Part shown: positions 8,514 to 17,938 of the stretch, one piece after another
How positions within the stretch are numbered: position 1 is the stretch's first letter
Layout: each line of letters opens with the position of its first letter
Source: Candidatus Omnitrophota bacterium
GTDB lineage: Bacteria; Omnitrophota; Gorgyraeia; Zapsychrales; Fredricksoniimonadaceae
NCBI GenBank assembly: GCA_044225175.1
Contig: JBGAJA010000002.1
Span: 408,991 to 472,990, forward strand
Direction of reading: 5' to 3'
DNA length: 64,000 nucleotides
Position numbers and translations under genes: made by a program
Notes under the pieces: model-generated
The model's database searches: none
Told to the model about the DNA's origin: nothing
Seen by the model: the letters and a program-made list of their open reading frames with translations, nothing else

Positions 8514-10156
8514 TGAATTTCCCAAGACCAACAGATTTAAATGATGCACAGTGGAATGCCGTTTCCCACGATGATTCCCACCTTATGATCGTCGCAGGAC
8601 CAGGCACAGGAAAGACGCACACAATCACCTATCGTATTATTCGCACCATTCAAAAATTAAAACAAGATCAAAAGATCCTAGCGATCACATTTACCAATAA
8701 AGCAGCCAATCAGATGCGTGAGCGTTTGGAGGCAAAGATTCCCAATTATTGGAGACAGGTAAATGTAGGTACATTTCATCGTTTTGCTTTGAGTTTACTG
8801 CGGGAGTTTAGTCAGTACTTGCCTTTGCCAAAAGATTTTCAAATTGCTCTTCCTGAAGATATTCAGGAATGTCTAAGTGAGATTTTCCCTCAGAAAAGCC
8901 CCTTGCAGCGCAAAGAAACGCTGGAGGCAATATCTTGGATGAAATCCACTCAATTGGCTATTGATCCCTCCGAAGACTTCCAGAAATACCACCGCTTCTT
9001 AAGAGCCAAAGGTATGATTGATTTTGATGATATCTTACGAGAAGTTTTGATGCTTTTGGAGAATGAAGAGGTGTTACATAAGGTGCAAGGCAGATATCGT
9101 TACATCTTTGTGGACGAATATCAGGATGTGAATATTGTTCAGAATGCGTTGTTGAAATTGATTGTAGGGGTAACCCCCTGTGGTTGCCCTGAAGATAAGG
9201 GCAGGCACGGGGGCCTGCCCCTACTGACGGTTATCGGTGACCCTAATCAATCGATCTATGGCTTTCGTGGTTCTCAGGTGAAATTCTTTAATCGTTTCGA
9301 AGAAGATTTTCCAGGAGCTGCCAAGCTATACCTAAATGAGAATTATCGTTCAACAGCTAATCTTCTAACGGCCAGTTCTCAGGTCATCAATAAAGACCCT
9401 GGAGGCAAAGTTCCAGAGGCCATTGCCAAGATCTACGACGAGGGAAGACTTGTTATTCATGAAGCAGCAACTGACAGAGCAGAAGCTGAGTATGTGGCTC
9501 ATCAGATTGAACAATTGATTGGCGGAGTGAGCATGTTCTCTCAAGACTCCAATCGTGTTGAAACATATAGGCAGGCGCACCGTAGTTTTGGCGATATCGC
9601 TATTTTGTATCGCCTTAACACCCAAAAGAATGTATTGATTGAAGCGCTTGATCATTTAGGAATTCCTTATAGTGTGTCTTCTAAACCTAAGGTAGGGGCG
9701 GCTCTTGCAGACGCCCTTTTAGGGCAGGGGCAAGCCCTGCCCCTACAGACACAGGAACAGAAAGATGAACAGATATTAAATTGTTTCGAAGAATCCTTGG
9801 ACTACAAAGTAGAAAAGGTCTCTCTTTTAACATTACATGCTGCCAAAGGTTTGGAATTTCCTGTTGTTTTTATTGTCGGATGCGAAGCAAAGCTAATTCC
9901 CTTGGACATCAACGATCTTAAAGGCGACATCCAAGAAGAACGCCGGCTTTTTTATGTGGGGATGACACGAGCAAAAGAACATTTGTTTTTAACTAGAGCA
10001 GGACGGCGTCAAATCTTTGGAACCACGGTATTTAATCCACCCTCTATGTTTTTAGCTGACATTGAAGAAGACCTTAAAGCCTATGAGAATTCCAAGCTTC
10101 GCCGAAAATTATCTAAAAGCAAGGAAGCCGAGAAACAGCAGTTGAAATTGTTTTAG
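8513..10156 (+). CDS. UvrD/PcrA/Rep-family SF1A helicase, short form
   Basis: AGPGTGKT, TFTNKAA, VDEYQD, GDPNQSIY, NYRS, TLHAAKGLEF and EERRLFYVGMTRA; TAATG coupling to the upstream gene. Confidence 0.9.
   Translation: MNFPRPTDLNDAQWNAVSHDDSHLMIVAGPGTGKTHTITYRIIRTIQKLKQDQKILAITFTNKAANQMRERLEAKIPNYWRQVNVGTFHRFALSLLREFSQYLPLPKDFQIALPEDIQECLSEIFPQKSPLQRKETLEAISWMKSTQLAIDPSEDFQKYHRFLRAKGMIDFDDILREVLMLLENEEVLHKVQGRYRYIFVDEYQDVNIVQNALLKLIVGVTPCGCPEDKGRHGGLPLLTVIGDPNQSIYGFRGSQVKFFNRFEEDFPGAAKLYLNENYRSTANLLTASSQVINKDPGGKVPEAIAKIYDEGRLVIHEAATDRAEAEYVAHQIEQLIGGVSMFSQDSNRVETYRQAHRSFGDIAILYRLNTQKNVLIEALDHLGIPYSVSSKPKVGAALADALLGQGQALPLQTQEQKDEQILNCFEESLDYKVEKVSLLTLHAAKGLEFPVVFIVGCEAKLIPLDINDLKGDIQEERRLFYVGMTRAKEHLFLTRAGRRQIFGTTVFNPPSMFLADIEEDLKAYENSKLRRKLSKSKEAEKQQLKLF
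9164..9224. repeat. GTAG REP doublet inside the helicase gene
   Basis: GTAGGGGTAACCCCCTGTGGTTGCCC...GGGCAGGCACGGGGGCCTGCCCCTAC = VGVTPCGCPEDKGRHGGLPL. Confidence 0.9.
9692..9746. repeat. Second GTAG REP doublet inside the helicase gene
   Basis: GTAGGGGCGGCTCTTGCAGACGCCC...GGGCAGGGGCAAGCCCTGCCCCTAC = VGAALADALLGQGQALPL. Confidence 0.85.
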
Positions 10157-10169
10157 ATTTTTACTATAG

Positions 10170-10256
10170 TGTCATTGCGAAGCCGATGTTTTTGTCGGCT
10201 GAAGCAATCTTACATGACAGATTGCTTCGTCGCAAAAAGCGCTCCTCGCAATGACA
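10170..10256. repeat. TGTCATTGCGA...TCGCAATGACA multi-hairpin element (intergenic)
   Basis: Terminal inverted repeat plus internal GAAGCAATCT/AGATTGCTTC stem; related copies at 14455 and 18604. Confidence 0.9.
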
Positions 10257-10318
10257 CTGTACTTATAAGCCAATCCCCTGGCTTTTTTAATAACTTCCCA
10301 ACCATATATTATTTTCCC

Positions 10319-10654
10319 ATGATTCATTTAACACCTCAGGAAAAATCTGTAGTTATATGTCTTTGTGTGATTACTCTATGCGGATCACTCGTTCATGTGG
10401 GTTTGCAGAAAGAGATACGTGTGTTTGATTGGCTGCACACAGCCCAGAAGAAGTCATTTGCAACCACGATCAATATTAATAAAGCCTCAATGGAGGAGTT
10501 GTTAAGGGTTCCTGGCATTGGGCCCAAGACAGCAGAATTCATCTTAGATTATCGAACCTCAAAGGGAAAATTCACCAATCTGAATCCTTTGCAAGAGGCT
10601 AGAGGCATGAGCCCGGAGCGTTATGAACGTATTAGCAAATATCTTAAAATTTGA
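10319..10654 (+). CDS. comEA: ComEA-like helix-hairpin-helix DNA-binding protein
   Basis: N-terminal TM; ININKAS...VPGIGPKTA...G-F motif; next to comEC; start ATG 10319. Confidence 0.8.
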   Translation: MIHLTPQEKSVVICLCVITLCGSLVHVGLQKEIRVFDWLHTAQKKSFATTININKASMEELLRVPGIGPKTAEFILDYRTSKGKFTNLNPLQEARGMSPERYERISKYLKI

Positions 10655-12173
10655 TTCAAAAATCCATAGGCCCTGTTTCTTTTTGAGCGTAGCCATGGCA
10701 TTAGGAATTCTCCTGGGACGTTTTTTTCATTGTCCTTGGATGATCTGGGTCATATTAACTGTGGTTTTACTTTATCTGAGTTGTTTGATAGGGAGATTCT
10801 CCGTCGTACTACTTCATATTGCAGTTGTATTTCTAGGGGCTTTCTATTATCAGAGTTATTATCTATTTCCCTCCAACCATATCGCCTTTATGTCATTTTA
10901 TGATCAGAAAAAGATCTCGGAAGTGGAAGGGGTGATTGATTCGGATATTCAAGTCAAGTCTACCCCCTATGGAACGAAGAGGGTTTTTGAATTGGATCTA
11001 AAAGAGATTAATTTTGACGGCACAAGGCAAAAAGCAACCGGCAGAATACTTATTAATATGTTTCAGCGCATAGATTTGAATTACGGAGATCGTCTTAGAA
11101 TAGAAGGCGTTTTATTTAAGCCTAAGAGTGATCCAAGTGAGAAATTTTCCTACCAACGATATTTGGAAGATCATGGCCTCTTTTTTATCCTTAGTGTTGG
11201 TAAACGAAAAGGAGTGGTGATAGTTAGTCACAATGAAGGGCATTGGTGGATCAAAGCATCGTTAAAGATTAGAGAGAGATTTAAGCGTGTTCTTGAGAAA
11301 TATTTGGAACCTCAAGAAGTGGGGATGATCCAAGCGATGACCCTTGGCGATAAATCCACAATGAGTAAGGATATGTATGAATTATTTAGTAAGACAGGGA
11401 CCGCACATATTATTGCAATTAGCGGCATGAATATGGCGATCATTGGGGCAATTATTCTCTTTATACTTAAAGTAATGCATTGTTCTCGCCGCTGGCAGCT
11501 GATTTTAACAGCATTATTCTTATTATGTTATGCGGTTATTTGTGGTTGGTCAGCTTCGGTCGTACGTTCTGTCATTATGGCGTCCGTCATTTTGAGTAGT
11601 TTTTGCCTCGAACATGAGTCGGATGGAATCAATTCCCTCGGATTTGCAGCAATTATCCTGTTTCTTTTTAATCCGTCTAATCTTTTCGATATCGGTTTTC
11701 AATTATCTTTCTTGTGTGTGTTCATTATCATGATTTTCTATCCAAAGTTTCAGCCAATGGTTGAAAAGACTATAGAAAATACATTCCTTAAGTATGTAAC
11801 CCAGGTCTTATTGATATCCGTAATCATCTGGATTGGAATCACGCCTTTAATTGCCTATCAATTTGGAATTATTTCGTTTATTTCGATCATTGCTAATATT
11901 CCAATTGTTGTCCTATCGGACATGATCATAGCTTTGAGTTTAGGTCTAATGATGATCGGGTTATGTTGTGCCCCTCTGGCGGTTATATTTGCAGGTTCTC
12001 TCAAAGCAGTCTTTAATTTAACCCTTCTTTTAGTTTTTGGTTTTGCTCAGATCCCCGGAGGATATGTGTATATCATGAACATACAACAATGGTGCGTGAT
12101 CTTGTATTACGCATTTTTGCTCACAATTATATTTATTGTGATGAATAAAAGAGCTTCTTTTAAAAAGCATTAA
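10623..12173 (+). CDS. comEC: ComEC/Rec2 competence protein (no metallo-beta-lactamase domain)
   Basis: GTAHIIAISGMN, ASVVRS and GFQLSF motifs; multi-pass membrane protein. Confidence 0.9.
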   Translation: MNVLANILKFDSKIHRPCFFLSVAMALGILLGRFFHCPWMIWVILTVVLLYLSCLIGRFSVVLLHIAVVFLGAFYYQSYYLFPSNHIAFMSFYDQKKISEVEGVIDSDIQVKSTPYGTKRVFELDLKEINFDGTRQKATGRILINMFQRIDLNYGDRLRIEGVLFKPKSDPSEKFSYQRYLEDHGLFFILSVGKRKGVVIVSHNEGHWWIKASLKIRERFKRVLEKYLEPQEVGMIQAMTLGDKSTMSKDMYELFSKTGTAHIIAISGMNMAIIGAIILFILKVMHCSRRWQLILTALFLLCYAVICGWSASVVRSVIMASVILSSFCLEHESDGINSLGFAAIILFLFNPSNLFDIGFQLSFLCVFIIMIFYPKFQPMVEKTIENTFLKYVTQVLLISVIIWIGITPLIAYQFGIISFISIIANIPIVVLSDMIIALSLGLMMIGLCCAPLAVIFAGSLKAVFNLTLLLVFGFAQIPGGYVYIMNIQQWCVILYYAFLLTIIFIVMNKRASFKKH

Positions 12174-13804
12174 TGAGAGTATGTTAGCGGAGAAATATCT
12201 TTTGCTTGCTGCAGATATTCTTGAGACTTCTTAGAGTCGCCTAATTCTTTGGAGATATTGCTTAGTATAAAATATGTTTTATGAGACAAAGGAGATAGAC
12301 GGGCAGCTTCAAGAAAATCTTGCTCGGCTTGTTTGAGGAAGGAAGTATCTTTGGCTATGAAATACTTTCTGATGTTGAGAGATCCCAAGGCAGAAGGATA
12401 GCGAAACTCTGTTGGGTCTAATAATCTGGCCTTTTCAAAATAAACTTCTGATTGCGTTATCTTTCCTGAACTAAAGAAAACCATCCCTTTATTGTAATCT
12501 AAGAGAGCTAAAGAAATTCGTGTGCCTAATATTAATAGGCTAATGATGAGAATGGCTAAGAATCCAAAGATCCATTGGTCTCGTTTTGTTGATTTTAGTG
12601 ATTCTTGGTTTATTTTATAAGAGTTAATGAATGCCCCAAAGCCTGCTAATACAATCCAAAAGAATAAACTCACGTTTGGTCTAAGTAGGGTAAAGTTGCT
12701 TAAATTGTCGATAAAAAAGAAGCTTAATGACCAAATAAAGGCAATCAGTACTATTCTGCGACTATATTCGTTTTCTTTTCTTAAGGCGAACAAGCTCTCT
12801 TTGATAAATAATCCAACCATACACAGGCCAGCTAGAAATCCCAACACGCCTGTTTCTATCCACAGTTGTAAATAGCTGTTGTGCACATAGGCGCTGTATC
12901 CAAAAAGATAGGTGATGTATTTTTTACTGACTAAACTAAAAGTATCGAGCCCGCTTCCAATCCATGGATGATCTTTGAGGACTAAAAACGTACATCTAAG
13001 GTAGTCCCATCGGGCCCCTAGTGAGAAATCTTTTCGAAGAAGAAGGATGAGAATACAAAAGGCAAGGGTTGCGACGATAATGCCAAAGAAATATTTCCTA
13101 TTCTCTGGTTTATTCGACCATTGTTTAAAGATTAATGGAGTGAGAATGAGAGTTGTGATGATGAAATTGAGCGTACATAGGAACGCAAAGGTCAACAGAA
13201 ACAAACCTAAGCAAACACATAAAAGTAAGATGAATGCTCTTTTTTTCCACTGATTTTTCGTTAGCGTAATCGTGGCCCACAGAAAGGGGGTTAAAAGCAT
13301 TAAGAACCCAGCTAAAACATTAGGAAGCTGAAATATAGATCCGACCCGTTTGACTGATCCACTCACGGGATCTTTAAGAAAGAAATACTCCCAGAATCCA
13401 AAGAGGATAACCAAAACAAGACTTATCTGCATATAGCTCCACACATCTAAGATTTGTTTTGAATCTTTTAGAGTGGCAGCCAATATATAAAATAAAGCAA
13501 TATAAGAAATGGTAACAATAAAGAAATTAACAGAAGCCGATGCATCCACGCTTGAGCTTAAGGATAAACACAATGCTCCCACCAAAAGATAAATGGATAG
13601 ATCAAAAGGAGTGCGTGGAAACTTAGCTTGTGCTCGGATTTGATTAAAGATCCAGATTAAAGAAAGAACGAATATAGAACCTGCAATAACCAGGTCTGAG
13701 AGGCGTTCTTTAGTGTAAACGTAGTTATCTGGAAAAAGGTGCACAATGATGAGTCGTAATAAAACAATGGCGCCGCATGCACGAATAAAAAAGGTATAAT
13801 TCAT
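12170..13804 (-). CDS. O-antigen ligase-like (Wzy_C) membrane protein with C-terminal TPR-like helices
   Basis: RVGSIF..PNVLAG, PWIGSG and HNSYLQ..ETG motifs. Confidence 0.75.
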   Translation of the reverse strand: MNYTFFIRACGAIVLLRLIIVHLFPDNYVYTKERLSDLVIAGSIFVLSLIWIFNQIRAQAKFPRTPFDLSIYLLVGALCLSLSSSVDASASVNFFIVTISYIALFYILAATLKDSKQILDVWSYMQISLVLVILFGFWEYFFLKDPVSGSVKRVGSIFQLPNVLAGFLMLLTPFLWATITLTKNQWKKRAFILLLCVCLGLFLLTFAFLCTLNFIITTLILTPLIFKQWSNKPENRKYFFGIIVATLAFCILILLLRKDFSLGARWDYLRCTFLVLKDHPWIGSGLDTFSLVSKKYITYLFGYSAYVHNSYLQLWIETGVLGFLAGLCMVGLFIKESLFALRKENEYSRRIVLIAFIWSLSFFFIDNLSNFTLLRPNVSLFFWIVLAGFGAFINSYKINQESLKSTKRDQWIFGFLAILIISLLILGTRISLALLDYNKGMVFFSSGKITQSEVYFEKARLLDPTEFRYPSALGSLNIRKYFIAKDTSFLKQAEQDFLEAARLSPLSHKTYFILSNISKELGDSKKSQEYLQQAKDISPLTYSH

Positions 13805-13867
13805 AAGATAAAAAAGAATACCACCATCTTATAAAGTCAACAATCAAATTAACCTAAAAATTGATAC

Positions 13868-13895
13868 TTGACAAAATCGATGGATATGCTATCTT
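13868..13895 (+). promoter_or_regulatory. Sigma70-type promoter of the hsp20-clpB operon
   Basis: TTGACA, 16 nt, then (TG-c)TATCTT. Confidence 0.65.
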
Positions 13896-13920
13896 ATCAC
13901 TCAGAAGAAGCGAGTGCTAG
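13894..13920 (+). promoter_or_regulatory. CIRCE (HrcA operator) 1
   Basis: TTATCACTC-N9-GAGTGCTAG versus consensus TTAGCACTC-N9-GAGTGCTAA. Confidence 0.85.
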
Positions 13921-13967
13921 AATATGTAAAGATGAGAGGAGAAATCCTCATTTTTTAGGTTTAATAA

Positions 13968-13994
13968 TTAGCAGTCATAAAGTATGAGTGATAA
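13968..13994 (+). promoter_or_regulatory. CIRCE (HrcA operator) 2
   Basis: TTAGCAGTC-N9-GAGTGATAA. Confidence 0.8.
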
Positions 13995-14031
13995 TTCTTA
14001 TTAATGTTAACTTAATAACAAGGAGGGTAAT

Positions 14032-14445
14032 ATGTCATTAGTCAGATTCTGTGGTAATCCGGTTACATCTTCATTTTGGCCAACTTTGGAGGAAGCTTTA
14101 TCCCAAAATTCTCTGCCTTGGTTACCTGAGGTTGATATTTTGGAAGAAAAAGATCATTATAAGATCAAAGCTGATCTTCCGGGTGTTAAGAAAGAGGATG
14201 TTAAGCTATCTTTTGAAGATGGTGTGCTGACCTTGGATGGTGAGCGTAAGAATGAAACAGAACAAAAAGAGACAAACTATCATCGTGTAGAACGCAGTTA
14301 TGGTCGTTTTGTTCGCTCTTTCAATCTGGGGCACGAAGTTGATGCTAATAAGATCCAGGCTAGTTACAAAGATGGAGTTTTAGAAATCACTGTACCTAAA
14401 ACTGAAAAAGCTCAACCAAAAGCCATTGATATAAGGGTAGAATAA
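14032..14445 (+). CDS. Hsp20/alpha-crystallin small heat-shock protein
   Basis: ADLPGV, ERSYGRFVRSF and ASYKDGVLEITVPK. Confidence 0.95.
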   Translation: MSLVRFCGNPVTSSFWPTLEEALSQNSLPWLPEVDILEEKDHYKIKADLPGVKKEDVKLSFEDGVLTLDGERKNETEQKETNYHRVERSYGRFVRSFNLGHEVDANKIQASYKDGVLEITVPKTEKAQPKAIDIRVE

Positions 14446-14454
14446 TAATTCACG

Positions 14455-14534
14455 TGTCATTGCGAGCGAACGCAGTGAGTGTGGCAATCTCTCACGATCA
14501 AGATTGCTTCGTCGCTTCGCTCCTCGCAATGACA
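14455..14534. repeat. TGTCATTGCGAG...CTCGCAATGACA element (intergenic)
   Basis: Same termini and GCAATCT/AGATTGC stem as the 10170 copy. Confidence 0.9.
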
Positions 14535-14553
14535 CAAAGAAAAAGGTGAACAT

Positions 14554-16677
14554 ATGCAAATGGAACAACAACCCAAACCACTAGAAGCATACGGCAAGGA
14601 TTTAACTGATTTAGCCAGCAAGGGGAAGCTTGATCCTGTTATTGGACGGGATGAAGAGATTCGTCGTGTCATTCAAGTGCTGTCACGTAGGACTAAGAAT
14701 AATCCTGTGCTTATTGGTGAGCCAGGGGTTGGAAAAACAGCCATTGTTGAAGGTTTAGCACAAAGAATATTTCTAGGTGACGTTCCTGAAGGCTTAAAGC
14801 ATAAGAAAGTGATTGTTTTAGACATGGGAGCCTTAGTGGCTGGTGCAAAATTCAGAGGAGAATTTGAGGAACGTTTAAAAGCAGTTTTGAAGGAGGTTGA
14901 AAGTAGTGATGGATCCATTATTTTATTCATTGATGAGTTACATACAATTGTTGGAGCAGGACGAGCGGAGGGAAGTGCAGATGCCGCCAATTTACTTAAA
15001 CCTGCTTTAAGTCGTGGCATGTTGCGCTGCGTGGGTGCTACCACATTAGATGAGTATCGCCAATATATTGAGAAAGATGCTGCTTTAGAGCGTCGTTTTC
15101 AACCTGTTATGGTGAATGAACCAACGGTTGAAGATACGATTGCTATTTTACGTGGTTTAAAAGAAAAATATGAAGTGCATCATGGGGTGCGTATTCAAGA
15201 TTCCGCTATCATCGCGGCCGCCACTATGAGCCAACGCTATATTACAGAACGTTTCCTTCCAGATAAGGCGATCGACCTGATTGATGAAGCAGCATCCAAG
15301 CTTCGTATTGAAATCGACAGCATGCCTCAAGAGCTAGATCAGAATGAAAGAGAAATTCGTCGACTTGAAATTGAGCGTCAGGCCCTTAAGAAAGAGTCTG
15401 ATGCTGCATCTAAAGAGAGAGTCAAAGGAATCGAAGATGAGCTTACGACTTTAAAAGAAGAAAATAAAAAGATGCGAGCCCAATGGCAAGCTGAGAAGGT
15501 CGTGATTGACCAAATCCGCAAAATTAAAACCGAAATCGAGTCTGCCAAATTAGAAGAAACAAAAGCTGAGAAGACAGGAGACCTCAATAAGGTAGCCCAG
15601 ATCCGCTATGGCGTTCTAGTTGATTTAGAAAAACAATTAGTAGCTAAGAACAAGGAGCTTGCCAAGCAACAAAAAGATGGAGGTATGCTAAAAGAAGAAG
15701 TTGACGATCAAGACATTGCTGAAATCATCTCCAAATGGACTAAGATTCCTCTTTCAAAGCTTATGCAGGGTGAAACAGAAAAACTAGTTTCCATGGAAGC
15801 TGAGCTTAAGAAAAGGGTTGTGGGTCAAGATAAGGCTATTGACGCTATTTCTGCCTGTATCCGTCGAAGCCGAACAGGTTTAAGTGATCCAAACAGACCC
15901 TTAGGTTCATTTATCTTTGTTGGGCCTACGGGGGTAGGAAAAACCGAACTTGCCAAGGCGCTTGCCGGCTTTTTGTTTGATGATGATAACTCTGTGATTC
16001 GTATTGATATGAGTGAATACATGGAGAAGCACAGCACATCTCGTTTGATTGGAGCGCCTCCAGGATATGTGGGTTATGATGAAGGCGGGCAATTGACAGA
16101 AGCTGTCCGTCGAAGACCATTCTCTGTTGTGCTCTTTGATGAAATCGAAAAGGCCCATTCAGATGTGTTCAATGTGCTTTTGCAGCTCTTGGATGATGGT
16201 CGCCTGACGGATTCCCAAGGAAGGGTTGTGAACTTCAAGAATACGATTGTGATCATGACATCTAACATCGGAACAGCCGAGCTTTCTGAGATGACCAATC
16301 AAAAAGAAATGGAAGACCATATTCAAAAAGCCCTACGTGCTCACTTCCGTCCAGAATTCTTAAATCGTGTGGATGAGATTGTAGTCTTCTCACGTTTAAA
16401 AGAAGAGCAGATCAAGAAAATTGTTGGTCTTCAGTTGGATATTTTGACAGAGCGTTTGAGTCAGCGAAAGATATCTTTGCATGTTTCTGATAAAGCAAAA
16501 GCTTTGCTTGCTCGTCAAGGATATGATCCTATTTATGGGGCTAGACCCTTAAAGAGAGCTATTCAAACCTTGGTGCAAGATCCAATTGCTTTGCGTCTTT
16601 TGCAAAATGAAGCTAAAGAAGGTGACACCATTGATGTGGATGCGCAAGGTGAAGATTTGGCAATTGAGGTTAAATAA
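14554..16677 (+). CDS. clpB: ClpB disaggregase lacking the N-terminal domain
   Basis: Two AAA+ modules ([16 protein letters not shown]) and the M-domain coiled coil; begins just before LDPVIGRD. Confidence 0.95.
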   Translation: MQMEQQPKPLEAYGKDLTDLASKGKLDPVIGRDEEIRRVIQVLSRRTKNNPVLIGEPGVGKTAIVEGLAQRIFLGDVPEGLKHKKVIVLDMGALVAGAKFRGEFEERLKAVLKEVESSDGSIILFIDELHTIVGAGRAEGSADAANLLKPALSRGMLRCVGATTLDEYRQYIEKDAALERRFQPVMVNEPTVEDTIAILRGLKEKYEVHHGVRIQDSAIIAAATMSQRYITERFLPDKAIDLIDEAASKLRIEIDSMPQELDQNEREIRRLEIERQALKKESDAASKERVKGIEDELTTLKEENKKMRAQWQAEKVVIDQIRKIKTEIESAKLEETKAEKTGDLNKVAQIRYGVLVDLEKQLVAKNKELAKQQKDGGMLKEEVDDQDIAEIISKWTKIPLSKLMQGETEKLVSMEAELKKRVVGQDKAIDAISACIRRSRTGLSDPNRPLGSFIFVGPTGVGKTELAKALAGFLFDDDNSVIRIDMSEYMEKHSTSRLIGAPPGYVGYDEGGQLTEAVRRRPFSVVLFDEIEKAHSDVFNVLLQLLDDGRLTDSQGRVVNFKNTIVIMTSNIGTAELSEMTNQKEMEDHIQKALRAHFRPEFLNRVDEIVVFSRLKEEQIKKIVGLQLDILTERLSQRKISLHVSDKAKALLARQGYDPIYGARPLKRAIQTLVQDPIALRLLQNEAKEGDTIDVDAQGEDLAIEVK

Positions 16678-16706
16678 TTATTAACTGTTCATCGGGAGGA
16701 GGACAT

Positions 16707-17336
16707 ATGAACACAATGACATTATCTAAACTCGTTCTAGCTTCAACATTAGCCTGCACTATGATTAGTGCGCCAGTTTATGCAGATGAAAATGAGGATT
16801 TGAGAAATCAAGTCAAGGCTCTGCAAGATAAGGTAAGTCAACTAGAACAGCAAGCTGCTATTCAAAGATCTCAAAGAGAACCATCTAGGACTGACTCCCA
16901 AACATCGAATGCAGATGTATATGATCCATGGGACCCATTTCAAGAAATGCGAATGATTGAGCGACAAATGAATCAACTCATGAAAGCAAACATGGTCGAT
17001 TTTAATCCTAGGGAAGATATCAAGCAGACTGCAGATCATTATATTGTCAGTATGGATATTCCAGGAATGGAGAAAGATAAGATCAATGTTGAAGTTAAAT
17101 CAGGGATGCTTATTGTTTCAGGTGAAAGAAAAAGTGAAGTTAAAGAACAGAAACCAAATCAGTTCTATCGCCAAGAACGTTCTTTTGGCCATTTTTTAAG
17201 AACAATGCCCTTACCATCTGATGCCAAGGCGGATCATATTGAAGCCAAATACACCAATGGTGTTCTGACGGTTACAGTTCCTCGTGAGAAGGCGTCCAAG
17301 GAAAAGAAAGTAGGACAAAAAGTAGTTGTGAAATAA
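16707..17336 (+). CDS. Hsp20 family protein with predicted signal peptide and coiled coil
   Basis: N-terminus ...ISAPVYA|DE; DIPGM, ERSFGHF and AKYTNGVLTVTVP. Confidence 0.85.
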   Translation: MNTMTLSKLVLASTLACTMISAPVYADENEDLRNQVKALQDKVSQLEQQAAIQRSQREPSRTDSQTSNADVYDPWDPFQEMRMIERQMNQLMKANMVDFNPREDIKQTADHYIVSMDIPGMEKDKINVEVKSGMLIVSGERKSEVKEQKPNQFYRQERSFGHFLRTMPLPSDAKADHIEAKYTNGVLTVTVPREKASKEKKVGQKVVVK

Positions 17337-17348
17337 ATTGGAGGAGCT

Positions 17349-17870
17349 ATGAAATTAAAAGGCCAAAAGATTCTGATGTTTGTGGATGACATTTATGAAG
17401 ACATGGAACTTATGTATCCTAAGTATCGTTTGATTGAAGAAGGAGCTCAAGTGGTGGTAGCGGGTCCCAAAGCGGGACAGATTTATAAAGGGAAACATGG
17501 TTATCCTTGCAAAAGCGATGAGGCAATTGCAAATATTCAGTCTAAAGATTTCATAGCTCTAGTCATACCAGGGGGTTTTGCACCTGATCAATTAAGACGG
17601 GATCCAAAAGTATTAAGTCTCACAAAGGAATTCCATCAGGCTGGAAAACTGGTAGCTCATATTTGTCATGCCGGATGGATTCCAATCTCAGCTGGAGTAG
17701 TTAAGGGTATTAAATGCACATCCACTCCTGGGATTAAAGACGATCTAGTCAACGCTGGAGCCACATGGGTAGATGAGACTGTTGTGGTTGATAAGAACCA
17801 TATTACAAGCCGTAAACCAGATGATTTGCCTATTTTTTGTAAATCGATTATAGACTTCCTTTCTAGATAA
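17349..17870 (+). CDS. PfpI/DJ-1 family protein (type 1 glutamine amidotransferase-like)
   Basis: YEDMEL, IPGGFAPD, ICHAG and TSRKPDDL. Confidence 0.9.
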   Translation: MKLKGQKILMFVDDIYEDMELMYPKYRLIEEGAQVVVAGPKAGQIYKGKHGYPCKSDEAIANIQSKDFIALVIPGGFAPDQLRRDPKVLSLTKEFHQAGKLVAHICHAGWIPISAGVVKGIKCTSTPGIKDDLVNAGATWVDETVVVDKNHITSRKPDDLPIFCKSIIDFLSR

Positions 17871-17938
17871 CGGTTTTTTTTCAATATAGCCTCACAGGAC
17901 TTGATTTTTCATGTTTATATGGTTTACTTTATATAAAT

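Noticed and set aside
4736-9746. CRISPR array made of the GTAG repeats
   Set aside because: Copies are dispersed, occur as inverted doublets, are not regularly spaced, and no cas genes are present.
10169-10318. 50-aa N-terminal extension of ComEA in the ORF track
   Set aside because: It is a translation of the palindromic element; ATG 10319 gives a normal TM plus HhH protein.
14380-14672. Minus-strand ORFs containing SLRGAKRRSNL and HCEERSDEAI
   Set aside because: These are translations of the 14455 repeat and overlap hsp20 and clpB.
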